Source: Bryobacterales bacterium
Lineage (GTDB): Bacteria; Acidobacteriota; Terriglobia; Bryobacterales; UBA6623
DNA: 64,000 nt
Direction of reading: 5' to 3'
NCBI GenBank assembly: GCA_965248255.1
Contig: CBDFIW010000003.1
Coordinates: 993,239 to 1,057,238, forward strand
The notes under the pieces were generated by a model, which worked only from the letters and a program-made list of their open reading frames with translations, had not been told where the DNA came from and searched no databases. This document shows positions 46,817 through 55,791 of the stretch, one piece after another; positions within the stretch are counted from its first letter, which is position 1, and every line of letters begins with the position of its first letter. The translations under genes and the position numbers were made by a program.

Positions 46817-48160
46817 GTGATGCCGGCAACAAAATCCGAACTTCTCTCCCTAGATCTCGAGCACCTGATCCACCCTCTTCACCGCAGGACGACTCACGAA
46901 GCCGGCCACGTGTGGGTGAAGGGCGACGGCGCAGTTCTGGTGGACGCCGATGGGAAGGAGTACATCGACGGCCTGTCTGGGCTATGGAACGTCGTGGTGG
47001 GCCACGGCCGTACGGAACTGGCTGAGGCCGCCGCCGAGCAGATGGAGGCCCTGGCCTACTGCTCAGGATATGCCGGGAGCTCGAATCCTCGAGCTATCGA
47101 GCTGGCCGAAAGACTCGCCGGCTTGACCTACTCTTCGATCAACCGCTTTTTCTTCGCGTCTGGCGGCGGGGAAGCCAGTGAGAGCAGCTTCAAGGTGGCT
47201 CGGTCGTACTGGAAGCTGAAGGGGTATCCAGGCAAGACGAAGGTCATCTCACGCCAGTGGGGCTACCACGGGGTCACACTGGCCGCGATGAGCGCCACAG
47301 GCATCTCCAGCTATTGGCCGCTGTTTGAGCCCCGCGTGCCCGGCTTCAGCCACATTCCCTCGCCGTATCCCTATCGCTACGAGGCGCCCGAGGGGATGAG
47401 CCAGGGTGTCGCCGCAGCGAACGAACTGGAACAGGCGATCTTGCGGGAAGGTCCCGAGACAGTGGCCATGTTCCTGGCCGAACCGGTGCAGGGAGGGGGC
47501 GGCGTCATCGTTCCCCAGGAGGACTACTTCCCTCGCATCCGAGAGATCTGTGATCAGTACGACGTGTTGTTGGTGGCCGACGAAGTGATCACCGGTTTTG
47601 GGCGGACGGGCCGGTGGTTCGCGCTGGAGCACTGGGGAGTCGAGCCGGACATGGTGCAGTTTGCCAAAGCCATTACCTCGGGCTACTTTCCCCTGGGCGG
47701 TGTCGGGGTCAACGATCAGATTGCCGAAGCCCTCGATCAGAGCGACTCACCTTGGATGCATGCCTACACCTACAGCGCCCACCCAGTCGGCTGTGCGGTG
47801 GCTCTCCGTAACCTGCGCATTCTCGAAGAAGAAGACTTACCCAATCAGGCCGCGGAGAAAGGGGCTTACCTGCTCGACGCGTTGAGATCATCACTAGCCG
47901 ATCATCCTCACGTCGGGGACATTCGAGGGAAGGGCCTGATGTGCGCGGTCGAGTTCGTCAAAGACAAGTCCACCAAGGCCGAGTTCGATCCGGCAGACCG
48001 GGTTGGCGCCAAGCTCGACAGTGAAGCTCAGAACAGGGGATTGTTCACCCGACTGCGCGGCGACGTGTTCTGCCTGGCTCCGCCGTTCGTCACGACCCGA
48101 GATCAACTGGACCGAATCGTCCAGATCTTGAGGGAGTCGGTCAGATCCGTACTGGGATAA
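46817..48160 (+). CDS. class III (omega-type) PLP-dependent aminotransferase
   Basis: GLWNVVVGHGR, LVADEVITGFGRTG and FAKAITSGYFPLGG (PLP lysine). The protein is 447 aa. Confidence 0.85.
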   Translation: MMPATKSELLSLDLEHLIHPLHRRTTHEAGHVWVKGDGAVLVDADGKEYIDGLSGLWNVVVGHGRTELAEAAAEQMEALAYCSGYAGSSNPRAIELAERLAGLTYSSINRFFFASGGGEASESSFKVARSYWKLKGYPGKTKVISRQWGYHGVTLAAMSATGISSYWPLFEPRVPGFSHIPSPYPYRYEAPEGMSQGVAAANELEQAILREGPETVAMFLAEPVQGGGGVIVPQEDYFPRIREICDQYDVLLVADEVITGFGRTGRWFALEHWGVEPDMVQFAKAITSGYFPLGGVGVNDQIAEALDQSDSPWMHAYTYSAHPVGCAVALRNLRILEEEDLPNQAAEKGAYLLDALRSSLADHPHVGDIRGKGLMCAVEFVKDKSTKAEFDPADRVGAKLDSEAQNRGLFTRLRGDVFCLAPPFVTTRDQLDRIVQILRESVRSVLG

Positions 48161-48457
48161 CGGAGAGTCGGCATCAGCGTAGACGCCGGTGTTCCGGGTA
48201 GCTCGCCGCGGATTCTGTCTTGCCCCTATCCTTGACGGCGGGCTCTCGCGGCTACTACCAATACCATGCGGTCCCGGGCAACACGGATCGGTTGGCGGTG
48301 CTACGGCTTCGGCTCCGACGGCTGTGGCGACGCGTCCTGTTTCGTCGCAGTCAAGAAGGGTCCAAGTCCTGGAAGCAGCTGAAGCGGCTTCTGGCCGCTG
48401 GATTTCACCGATTGGACCCACCACGCAACAGATTGACAGCCCTGATATCGCGGGCCC

Positions 48458-48964
48458 ATGCTATGCCCTATGCGATGGCCGACCCGGCGGCAAATCCTCT
48501 CCTCGATAGGCGCCCTCGGTGTCGGGGCAAGCGTCGAGGACTCCCTGTACTCCGCAACGGCCGCTGCGCCCGCCTCCGCCGCGACCATGCGCATCACGCG
48601 CTACGAGGTGATCCCCGTGCGCGTGCCTATGCACGAACGCATCCGTGAACCGTTCGGCGCGGCTTACCGCAAGCAGGGCATCTTTCGCGACTACTACGAC
48701 TCGACGCTCGTCAAGCTCTACACCGACGAAGGGCTCGTGGGCGTCGGCGATGCCCTGCTAAGCGTTGAGGGCTCACTCGGCAGTGTTGCCCTCGCCGAGT
48801 CGATTCTCAAGCGCTTGGTGGGCCGTTCGCCGTGGGAGTTTCTGCTCGAAGACTGCCTCGGCGGCATCTTGATGGCAATCTACGACCTAGTGGGCCAAGC
48901 TGCCGGGCTACCCGTCTCACGCCTCTTCTCCGCCAACCCCAGAAAGAGCATCATCCAGGCCTAC
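48458..48964 (+). pseudogene. Tat-signal leader plus N-terminal capping domain of an enolase-superfamily enzyme; truncated paralog of 49235..50359
   Basis: TRRQILSSIGALGVGA...MRITRYEVIPVRVP...LYTDEGLVGVGD...AIYDLVGQAAGLPVSRLF aligns with the N-terminus of the next gene. Similarity stops at ...IIQAY (about 48964). Confidence 0.7.
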
Positions 48965-48977
48965 AATAAAGTTCTCT

Positions 48978-49192
48978 ATGTCAGAGTCCGTAATCCATGG
49001 CTCGCCTGCCATCATGGGGGCACGCCAGTGTTCGCCGGCACCAGGGTTCCGGTCCAGACTCTCATCGACTACCTCGAAACCGGTGAAACGATTGACGGCT
49101 TTCTGGCAGATTTCCCTACGGTGGTCCGTGATCAGCTTCTGGAAGTGCCCGAGGCCGCAAAGAGGGCTCTCGTAGCTGAGAAATCAGGGTGA
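48978..49192 (+). pseudogene. DUF433-family (antitoxin-like) gene with a frameshift in a G5 run
   Basis: It starts MSESVIHGSPAIMG in one frame and continues GGTPVFAGTRVPVQTLIDYLETGETIDGFLADFPTV in the frame that is fused to the upstream fragment. The G5 run lies at 49016-49020, and six G would restore one ORF. The local sequence is AT-richer. Confidence 0.6.
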
Positions 49193-49224
49193 AGATCCTT
49201 CTCGACGAGTGCCCGTCGTCGTGA
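49189..49224 (+). pseudogene. 11-codon remnant of a DUF5615 (PIN-like) gene
   Basis: The GTG overlaps the DUF433 stop (GGTGA). It encodes VKILLDECPSS* and matches the usual MKxLLDENLP start of DUF5615 partners of DUF433. Confidence 0.45.
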
Positions 49225-49234
49225 TAGAGTCCAG

Positions 49235-50359
49235 TTGTCCATGTCAATTCGATCTCGGCGAGACCTGATCCGATCGCTTGGTCCGTTGAATGTCGCTGGC
49301 TCGACGGTCGCGGCCGCCGGCGCCGCCAAGATGCGGATCACGCGCTACGAGGTTATCCCCACCGTCGTTCCAATGGACGTCCGCGTTCGCGACGCCTGGC
49401 AGCGAAGCTGGTTCCTGCAGAACCGTTATCAGCAGCACCACGAGCCGGTCGCCGTCAAGCTGCACACCGACGAGGGGCTGGTGGGCATCGCCGACTCGAT
49501 GATGAGTCCGGCCGAGACCGACCGCGTCCTGCGAGGTATGGTCGGTCAATCCCCCTTGGACTACCTGCTGGACGACAGCATTCGCGGCATCCTCGTCGCG
49601 ATCTACGACCTGATCGGTCAGGCCAGTGGTCTTCCCGTCTCGCGGTTGTTCGCCCCGTCACCCAAGCAACGTATCGTGCAGACCTATTGGAGCCAGTGCT
49701 TCCATCCCGACTTGATGGCATCCGAGGCCAGGCGCGCCGAGAGCCTTGGCTACAAGGTCCACAAGGTCAAAGCGCGTCCGTGGGAGGACCCGATCGCACA
49801 AGCCGAGGCCATCTGTGCCGCCGTCTCGAAGGACTTTCGCGTGTGGGTGGACGCCAACGCCTGGTGGGGCTCGGTCGGCCGGACGCTCCACATCACCAAA
49901 CGCTTGGCAAAACTGCACAACTACTTCGCTATCGAGTCGCCCATTCGCCGCGAACGCATCGGGGGCTACCGGCAACTGAAGGGCAAGGTCGCTCTACAGG
50001 TCACCGAGCACATGCCTGCCGATCCTATGCCCTTTGTCCGAGAGGGCCTAGTGGACGCGTTCGTCGTCGGCGGCCCGATGGGAAAGACGCTCGTCCAGCG
50101 CGCCTTGATGGCCGAAGTAACCCGTATACCCCTCTGGGTCGAGCACAGCACGCGCTGCGGCATCAACCAGGTCTTCCAAGCCCAGCAAGCCGCAGCCTTC
50201 CCCGGAATTGAATACTGCATCAGCGTCACGCATATGCTCGAAGATGACCTGGTTACCGAGCCCTTCACGATGAAGGACGGTTTCTACGAAGTCCCGACCA
50301 AGCCGGGGCTGGGCGTTTCCCTCGACGAGGCGGCTGTGGACAAGTATCGGGTCGCGTAG
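49235..50359 (+). CDS. enolase-superfamily (MR/MLE) enzyme with Tat-type signal peptide
   Basis: The SRRDLIRSLGPLNVAGSTVAAAGAA leader precedes MRITRYEVIPTVVP. MR_MLE N- and C-domains are present (KVKARPWED, WVDANAWW, ESPI). The likely start is the ATG at 49241. Confidence 0.8.
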   Translation: MSMSIRSRRDLIRSLGPLNVAGSTVAAAGAAKMRITRYEVIPTVVPMDVRVRDAWQRSWFLQNRYQQHHEPVAVKLHTDEGLVGIADSMMSPAETDRVLRGMVGQSPLDYLLDDSIRGILVAIYDLIGQASGLPVSRLFAPSPKQRIVQTYWSQCFHPDLMASEARRAESLGYKVHKVKARPWEDPIAQAEAICAAVSKDFRVWVDANAWWGSVGRTLHITKRLAKLHNYFAIESPIRRERIGGYRQLKGKVALQVTEHMPADPMPFVREGLVDAFVVGGPMGKTLVQRALMAEVTRIPLWVEHSTRCGINQVFQAQQAAAFPGIEYCISVTHMLEDDLVTEPFTMKDGFYEVPTKPGLGVSLDEAAVDKYRVA

Positions 50360-50410
50360 ACCAAGGACCGAGCTCTCGAGCAGCCGCGCCACCTCTGGCA
50401 GCGCGGGCAC

Positions 50411-51268
50411 ATGTGGGCGCACCTCAGCGACCAGCCGAGTGACTTCCGCGTGCCGGTCCTGCTCTCCTCGGGCGCACCGGCGACCGTCCCAATCATCAAC
50501 CCGGACCCGGGCGATGCCATTGACTACCTGAACCCCTTTCGCAACTCGGTGGGCTACTGGATCCCGCGAAGCAAGGCCGTGATCGCCAACACCGCGCATC
50601 CGGTGATCAAAGCGATGGGTCTGAAGCTCGGCGACGAAGTGCCTGGGCAATGGGGCGGCGAAGTGGACATCCTCTACGAGCCGCACGCCTGGGACATACT
50701 CATCCGTTCCGACCGAGCGGCGCCCGCCGGACGCGAATTCGGCATCGACGCCTTCGACCCCACGCCGATTCACCGCGTCGGCCTCGCGATCCACAAGAAC
50801 CTGCGCCTCGGCATGTTGACCGGCGAAAACTTCCCGAACATCCTGGGCGACAAGCGCAACGAACGCTACCGCGAGATTTACCGGCGAACCCTTCTGCACT
50901 TTCTGAGCAGGGCCAGAGAGCTTAGCCCTGAGAAGGATATGGCTCCATCTGCATCAGCAGGGGCTTCACAAATCTCCTGGGAAGACCCGGTGCGACTCGA
51001 GGCCTTGCGCTACGAGTTACCGGCGTTCATCGACTTTGATGATCGAGGTTGGCACCGAGGACCAGCTTCGTTTGCTCACTATGTCGTGGAGGGATCGAAG
51101 AACGCAGAGGACTGGTTCCCGCTGGCGGACCGCCGACACGGACCGTGGCGCGGAGTGCAGACCGATTTCTTCGAACCCGTGCAAGTCCGCTATGTTCGCT
51201 GGCGGGGCACGTTCTCGAACGGTGAGCCATTTCGCGTGCGAAACCCCCAAGTATTCCGCGCGGAGTAG
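50411..51268 (+). CDS. hypothetical protein with C-terminal F5/8 type C (discoidin)-like domain
   Basis: The C-terminus ...HYVVEGSKNAEDWFPLADRR...VQVRYVRWRGTFSNGEPFRV fits the galactose-binding-like fold pattern. The start is uncertain. Confidence 0.5.
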   Translation: MWAHLSDQPSDFRVPVLLSSGAPATVPIINPDPGDAIDYLNPFRNSVGYWIPRSKAVIANTAHPVIKAMGLKLGDEVPGQWGGEVDILYEPHAWDILIRSDRAAPAGREFGIDAFDPTPIHRVGLAIHKNLRLGMLTGENFPNILGDKRNERYREIYRRTLLHFLSRARELSPEKDMAPSASAGASQISWEDPVRLEALRYELPAFIDFDDRGWHRGPASFAHYVVEGSKNAEDWFPLADRRHGPWRGVQTDFFEPVQVRYVRWRGTFSNGEPFRVRNPQVFRAE

Positions 51269-51332
51269 ACTTGGACTGGACGTCGATACTTACGTAGTAG
51301 CGCTACGCACCTTGCCGAGCCGCCTGGGCTCA

Positions 51333-52897
51333 TGTTGAAAGGCAATGATAATGTCCCCATGAGCAGGCAATAGAAATGTCCCCTAATCTGGACCTCCACG
51401 AGGAGGTGAAAGATTGGGAAGGACATGGATGAGCGACAAGGAGCTGAGGCGTAGTGAGGTGCTAAGCCGGGTCCGGCGGGGGGAGTGGAAGCTGAACGAA
51501 GCGGCGGCGCGGCTTGAGATCAGCTACCGCCAAGCCAAGCGCCTGTGGAGCCGTTATCGCAAGGGCGGGACTAAGGCGCTGGTGCACGGCAACGTCGGGC
51601 GCCGCTCGAACCGCGCTAAGCCGGTGGAGTTTCGCCGGCGTGTGTTGGCCTTGGTGCGGGAACACTATGGGGGCGACCGCAGCAGCGCTGCGGGCCGACG
51701 CTAGCCGCGGAGCAGCTGCAACAGGATCACGGCCTGGAGGTGTCGGTGCGCACGCTGCGGCGCTGGATGCTCGCTGCAGGCCTGTGGAGCCGGAGTCGCA
51801 AGCGCCCACCGCATCGCAGCCGGCGGCAACGCAAAGCGCACTTCGGCGAGCTGATTCAACTCGACGGTTCGCACCACCACTGGCTGGAAGGACGCGGCCC
51901 GAAAGCCTGTCTGATGAACTTTGTCGATGACGCGACCGGTCTTGCACTGTGCCGCTTCTCGGGCCAGGAAACGACCTGGGCCGCGGCCGATCTGCTCCAA
52001 GCCTGGGTGCGCCAACACGGCGTTCCCAAGGCGTTGTACTGCGACTGGAAAAACGTCTACCAGCGCCAGCCGACGTCGCGGGAAGCACTGGAAGGCATCA
52101 AGCCCGAGACGCAGTTCGGGCGCATGTGCGCGAAGCTTGGCATTGGCATCATTGCCGCATCGTCGCCGCAAGCCAAGGGACGTGTCGAACGCCATCACGG
52201 CACGCACCAGGACCGCCTGATCAAGAAGATGCGGCTGCGGGGCATCGTTGATTACGAGGCGGCGAACCGTTACCTCGGCGAGGAGTACTTAGCCGAGCAC
52301 AACGAGCGCTTCTGCTGCGAGCCGGCGGCGGGAGCGGACTTTCACCAGGCGCTACCCCGCGGCACCGAGCTGCGAGGCGTGTTCTGCTTCGAGTACGAAC
52401 GGGTGGTGAGCAACGACCAGGTGGTGCGTTTCGAGAATCGTTGTTTGCAGTTGAAGCCGAAACGCAATCAGGGCGTGGGGGCGGGTGCACGGGTGACGGT
52501 CCAACAGGGGCGCGATGAGAGCTTGCAGGTGAGGTTTGAGGGGCACGAGATCGAGCACGAAGTGATCGCCACGCCGACGCCACGGCTGCGGACGAAGCCG
52601 GCACCGCAGGGGAACGTGGTGGCCAGACGCAAGCCGGCGGCGAACCACCCCTGGCGGCGAGCTGTGCTGCGGAAAACACGAGCTGCGAATTCATAAGAGG
52701 GCTGTGGAAATGCCGGGTCGGATGGAAAGCGTGGAAAACCTTGTGGCGGCAGCCGTGCCGGGCTCGCGGATCCGTGAATGGTTTTCCACCCTTCCCACCG
52801 CTCCTTGGAAATCGCTACGCGATTCCCACAGTTCCACAGCCCCGACGATGACGATTCTCTCCTGCCACCAAGGGGACATTTCTATTGCCTCTTGACA
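51333..52897 (+). mobile_element. ISNCY/IS1202-like insertion sequence, copy C (mosaic variant), 1565 bp
   Basis: Its termini are TGTTGAAAGGCAAT... and ...ATTGCCTCTTGACA, with GGCAAT where A and B have GCCCAAT. The right end carries only one 19-bp motif. About 51782-52752 is near-identical to copies A and B, and the flanking parts are diverged. Confidence 0.85.
51414..52696 (+). pseudogene. ISNCY-family transposase, frameshifted
   Basis: The N-terminal 96 codons (diverged from copy A) end at TAG 51702-51704. The rest continues in another frame (GPTLAAEQLQQDHGLEVSVRTLRRWMLAAGLWS...). Confidence 0.85.
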
Positions 52898-53268
52898 GGT
52901 TCGGTATTGAATTGTCGGTTCGAGGTCAGTACTATGTTCCACTTGAGGTCTTTGGATCCCCGCACCCAACGTTCAAACGTCGCTATGTGATCATCCGCCT
53001 CAGACTCGGATACTCCCTGGGTGACCAAACGATCTCGATACTGATTGATCATCATGGGCATAGGCCTGAGCTCCCCAGCGCGGGTGAGCTCTCTTATGAA
53101 CTCGCCGAACTCTTCAAAGTTCTTGGCGGCCTCCGGCGTCGGCAGTTCTTGGGACCGCGCTTGGACGGCCTCCGTTGCTGGCGGAGAATCACCGCTCGAC
53201 GAGCATGATGCAAGCGTCATCGCCAGCAAGGAAAGGAACAGGGTGACGCGCCGACCTATTTGCAGCAT
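52898..53268 (-). pseudogene. N-terminal part of the lipoprotein SAM-dependent methyltransferase whose C-terminal part is at 31549..32054
   Basis: MLQIGRRVTLFLSLLAMTLASCSSSG (lipobox LASC) ...ERWVRGSKDLKWNIVLTSNRQFNT ends at the IS right end. The listed ORF 52882..53550 reads into the IS and starts too early. Confidence 0.7.
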
Positions 53269-53593
53269 CAACCGAATGGTAGCATCGCGCTTGAATTCAC
53301 ACCGGTAAACTCTGACATTGATCGCACCAAGGACCGACGAGCCTGATGGTATGGGCGTGCCGTAACAGAGCTGATTTGTTTCGGAGCGAACCGGATAGTG
53401 CTCGTTTTCCAGAGATATCGCTATAGATCGACCTCGCGCCACCAACACCCAGGTGGTCACTTCCGACATGTCCCGGATTGCGGAAGCTGCCCCGCCGAGC
53501 CGGGTTGCTTCCTCGATTCCCCCATATCGGAAGTTACTCCTGAGCTTCAATCTCCGGCGATGGAGGCGCTAGTCGTAGTATAATCGCGGTGCA

Positions 53594-54646
53594 ATGACCA
53601 GATCGCATTTCAACTCTGGCTTCCGCACATTTGGCAGCAACTGGTGCAGGTTTATGTGTGCCGGGTTCTTGATGGCATGCCCTGCGCCCCCTGCTTCGTC
53701 GCAACAAAGGCCTCCCATCATAGACGTGCACATGCACGCCAACCCGCTCGCGTTCTATGGGCCCCCTCCGGCTGCAGTGTGCACGCCATATGATTCCTGG
53801 CCGAGCCGAGAATCCGCACTGTCGTCATCTGCGTATCGCCGGAGGAACCCGCCCTGCGAAGACCCAGTTTGGATGCCAGGTACTGATCAAGCGGTTATGA
53901 CGGATTCGATAGCCGTAATGGAGCGATACAACATCTACGGTGTTCTCGGCGGACAATCCGAGCGGGTCGCCGCTTGGACCAAAGAGGCTCCCGAGCGCTT
54001 TTTGCCAGCGCTGGCGCTCGCCCCGACGTCGAAGAGGTTCGACTACTCCCTGGGGGATATCCGGGCACTTCACGCTCAGGGACGACTCGCAGTACTGGGA
54101 GAAGTCTTGACGGCATACGTCGGTATTGAGCCCGACGATCCGATCATGGAGCCCTACTGGGAGTTGATGGAGGAACTCGACGTGCCGGTCGGTATCCACA
54201 TTGGCCCAGGTCCTCCAGGACCCTTCCACGAGGGATACAAGATTCGAGCCCGCATGCACAGCGCGCTAACGCTCGAAGAAGTACTAGTGAAACATCCCAG
54301 CCTGCGCGTCTACATCATGCACGCCGGATACCCGATGCTCGACGATCTGCTGGCCCTGTTGTACGCTCACCCCCAGGTCTACGTCGAAGTGGGCTACATC
54401 GTGTGGGGACAGCCGCGTGCGGCGTTCTACCGCTACCTCGAAAGGATTGTCGAGGCCGGTTTCGGAAATCGCGTCATGTTCGGGAGTGACCAGATGGTGT
54501 GGCCGGGAGTGATAGAGCGATCGATCGCTTCAATCGATGACGCCGCTTTCCTGAGCGCGGAGCTGAAGAGGGACATCTTCTACAACAACGCCGCCCGGTT
54601 TCTTCGGCTGAGCGAGGAGCAGATTGCGGCACGCCATGGCCGCTGA
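53594..54646 (+). CDS. amidohydrolase-2 family metal-dependent hydrolase with signal peptide
   Basis: IIDVHMHAN, ...VGIHIGPG..., ...IMHAGYP..., ...VMFGSDQMVWP. Confidence 0.8.
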   Translation: MTRSHFNSGFRTFGSNWCRFMCAGFLMACPAPPASSQQRPPIIDVHMHANPLAFYGPPPAAVCTPYDSWPSRESALSSSAYRRRNPPCEDPVWMPGTDQAVMTDSIAVMERYNIYGVLGGQSERVAAWTKEAPERFLPALALAPTSKRFDYSLGDIRALHAQGRLAVLGEVLTAYVGIEPDDPIMEPYWELMEELDVPVGIHIGPGPPGPFHEGYKIRARMHSALTLEEVLVKHPSLRVYIMHAGYPMLDDLLALLYAHPQVYVEVGYIVWGQPRAAFYRYLERIVEAGFGNRVMFGSDQMVWPGVIERSIASIDDAAFLSAELKRDIFYNNAARFLRLSEEQIAARHGR

Positions 54647-54764
54647 GTCGAGTCCCGCGGGGTCGTGAACGAGTAACCTGAGTCTGCGCTTCCTAACTGC
54701 TCCAGCTCCGAGTCACTTCCGACAAGTCCGGTTGTCGGAAGGGAGCCAGTTTGCCCGACTTGCA

Positions 54765-55271
54765 TCAACGGATTCTGTCGCTTAGCGGCTGCCGGCGGCG
54801 GGACCAAAGCTGCCAGACCATCAGGGCTAGGGAAGTCCAGAGCACCGGAACGTAGAAGGTAAGAATCATCCAGGTGACGCCGTTGGCTACCACCATCATG
54901 CCCTCCCGCATGCCACCGGCCATGGCGTTCGATAAGTCAATGACCGTCTCCACGACGAAGACCCAGACTAGCGGGATTGCCAAGCTCGAGTGGTAACGCA
55001 AAGCAATCAGAGCGGCGACGGCAAGTGCCATGCCGAGCACGTCTCCATAGGCGATTTGGTCGCGAAGGTCGTTCGGAACAGCGAAACCCGCTTGCTGAGC
55101 GGAGAAGATTTGCAGCGCGACGTGCCGGAAGGCATGAAGCCACAGCAGCGACGCCAGGGCGGTCGCACGGTCTTGCGACTTCAGCCAAGGGACCACATAC
55201 CAGGCCGCGGCCATCACGCAGAGCACAAAGCTCAACGAGTTGGCAATCAGAGCTGCAAGGGTGGGGTCCAT
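54765..55271 (-). CDS. hypothetical integral membrane protein (about 5 TM)
   Basis: Hydrophobic segments run throughout. I recognise no family. Confidence 0.55.
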   Translation of the reverse strand: MDPTLAALIANSLSFVLCVMAAAWYVVPWLKSQDRATALASLLWLHAFRHVALQIFSAQQAGFAVPNDLRDQIAYGDVLGMALAVAALIALRYHSSLAIPLVWVFVVETVIDLSNAMAGGMREGMMVVANGVTWMILTFYVPVLWTSLALMVWQLWSRRRQPLSDRIR

Positions 55272-55280
55272 GGGAGGGCC

Positions 55281-55655
55281 CTATTCCATGACCCACGCAA
55301 GGGCTTCGTCTTCGCTCGAGCAGTATCGCTCGTCGTAGTTCTTGCCCTCGCTGCTCGGCTTCATGCTCGAAGTGTCCCCGGGCCATACCCAGGCCTGTCT
55401 CTGGACTCCGGCCTGGTTATACTTCGGGACGGTGACTTGGTCGCGCCAAGCCAGGATCTCGGATGACGGCCGGTGCTTGAACTCTCTCACGTCGATAATG
55501 AGCCGCTTCGCTCCATGCTGTTGCGCACTCTCGGCAAAGACCTCAAGGGTCTCGCGAAAATCCTCATCGGTCATCCCTTCCGTGCCGGACAACCACGTGA
55601 GACGGGCGAGCCTTTCGGGCTTGTGGTAGGTGATAGAGTACATCGGTTCGGTCAT
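55281..55655 (-). CDS. hypothetical protein (STAS/SpoIIAA-like fold possible)
   Basis: A clean 124-aa ORF (MTEPMYSITYHKPERLARLTWLSG...) immediately upstream of the membrane protein. Confidence 0.45.
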   Translation of the reverse strand: MTEPMYSITYHKPERLARLTWLSGTEGMTDEDFRETLEVFAESAQQHGAKRLIIDVREFKHRPSSEILAWRDQVTVPKYNQAGVQRQAWVWPGDTSSMKPSSEGKNYDERYCSSEDEALAWVME

Positions 55656-55791
55656 CAGCGTCCTCCTCGCAGTCGGTTCTGGACGTGTTTGGTTACGGTT
55701 TGCTTTGGGCCTGCTAGGCTAGAAACTGACAGGGTAGGGGAACTTAGTATATGCTGTCAACCAGGCACACTATAGTAACTAGGTATACACA

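Noticed and set aside
48458-49192. 244-aa ORF as a genuine MR_MLE_N-DUF433 fusion protein.
   Set aside because: The DUF433 part has its own ATG (48978) in another frame and a one-base-short G run. The apparent fusion is best explained by truncation plus a frameshift.
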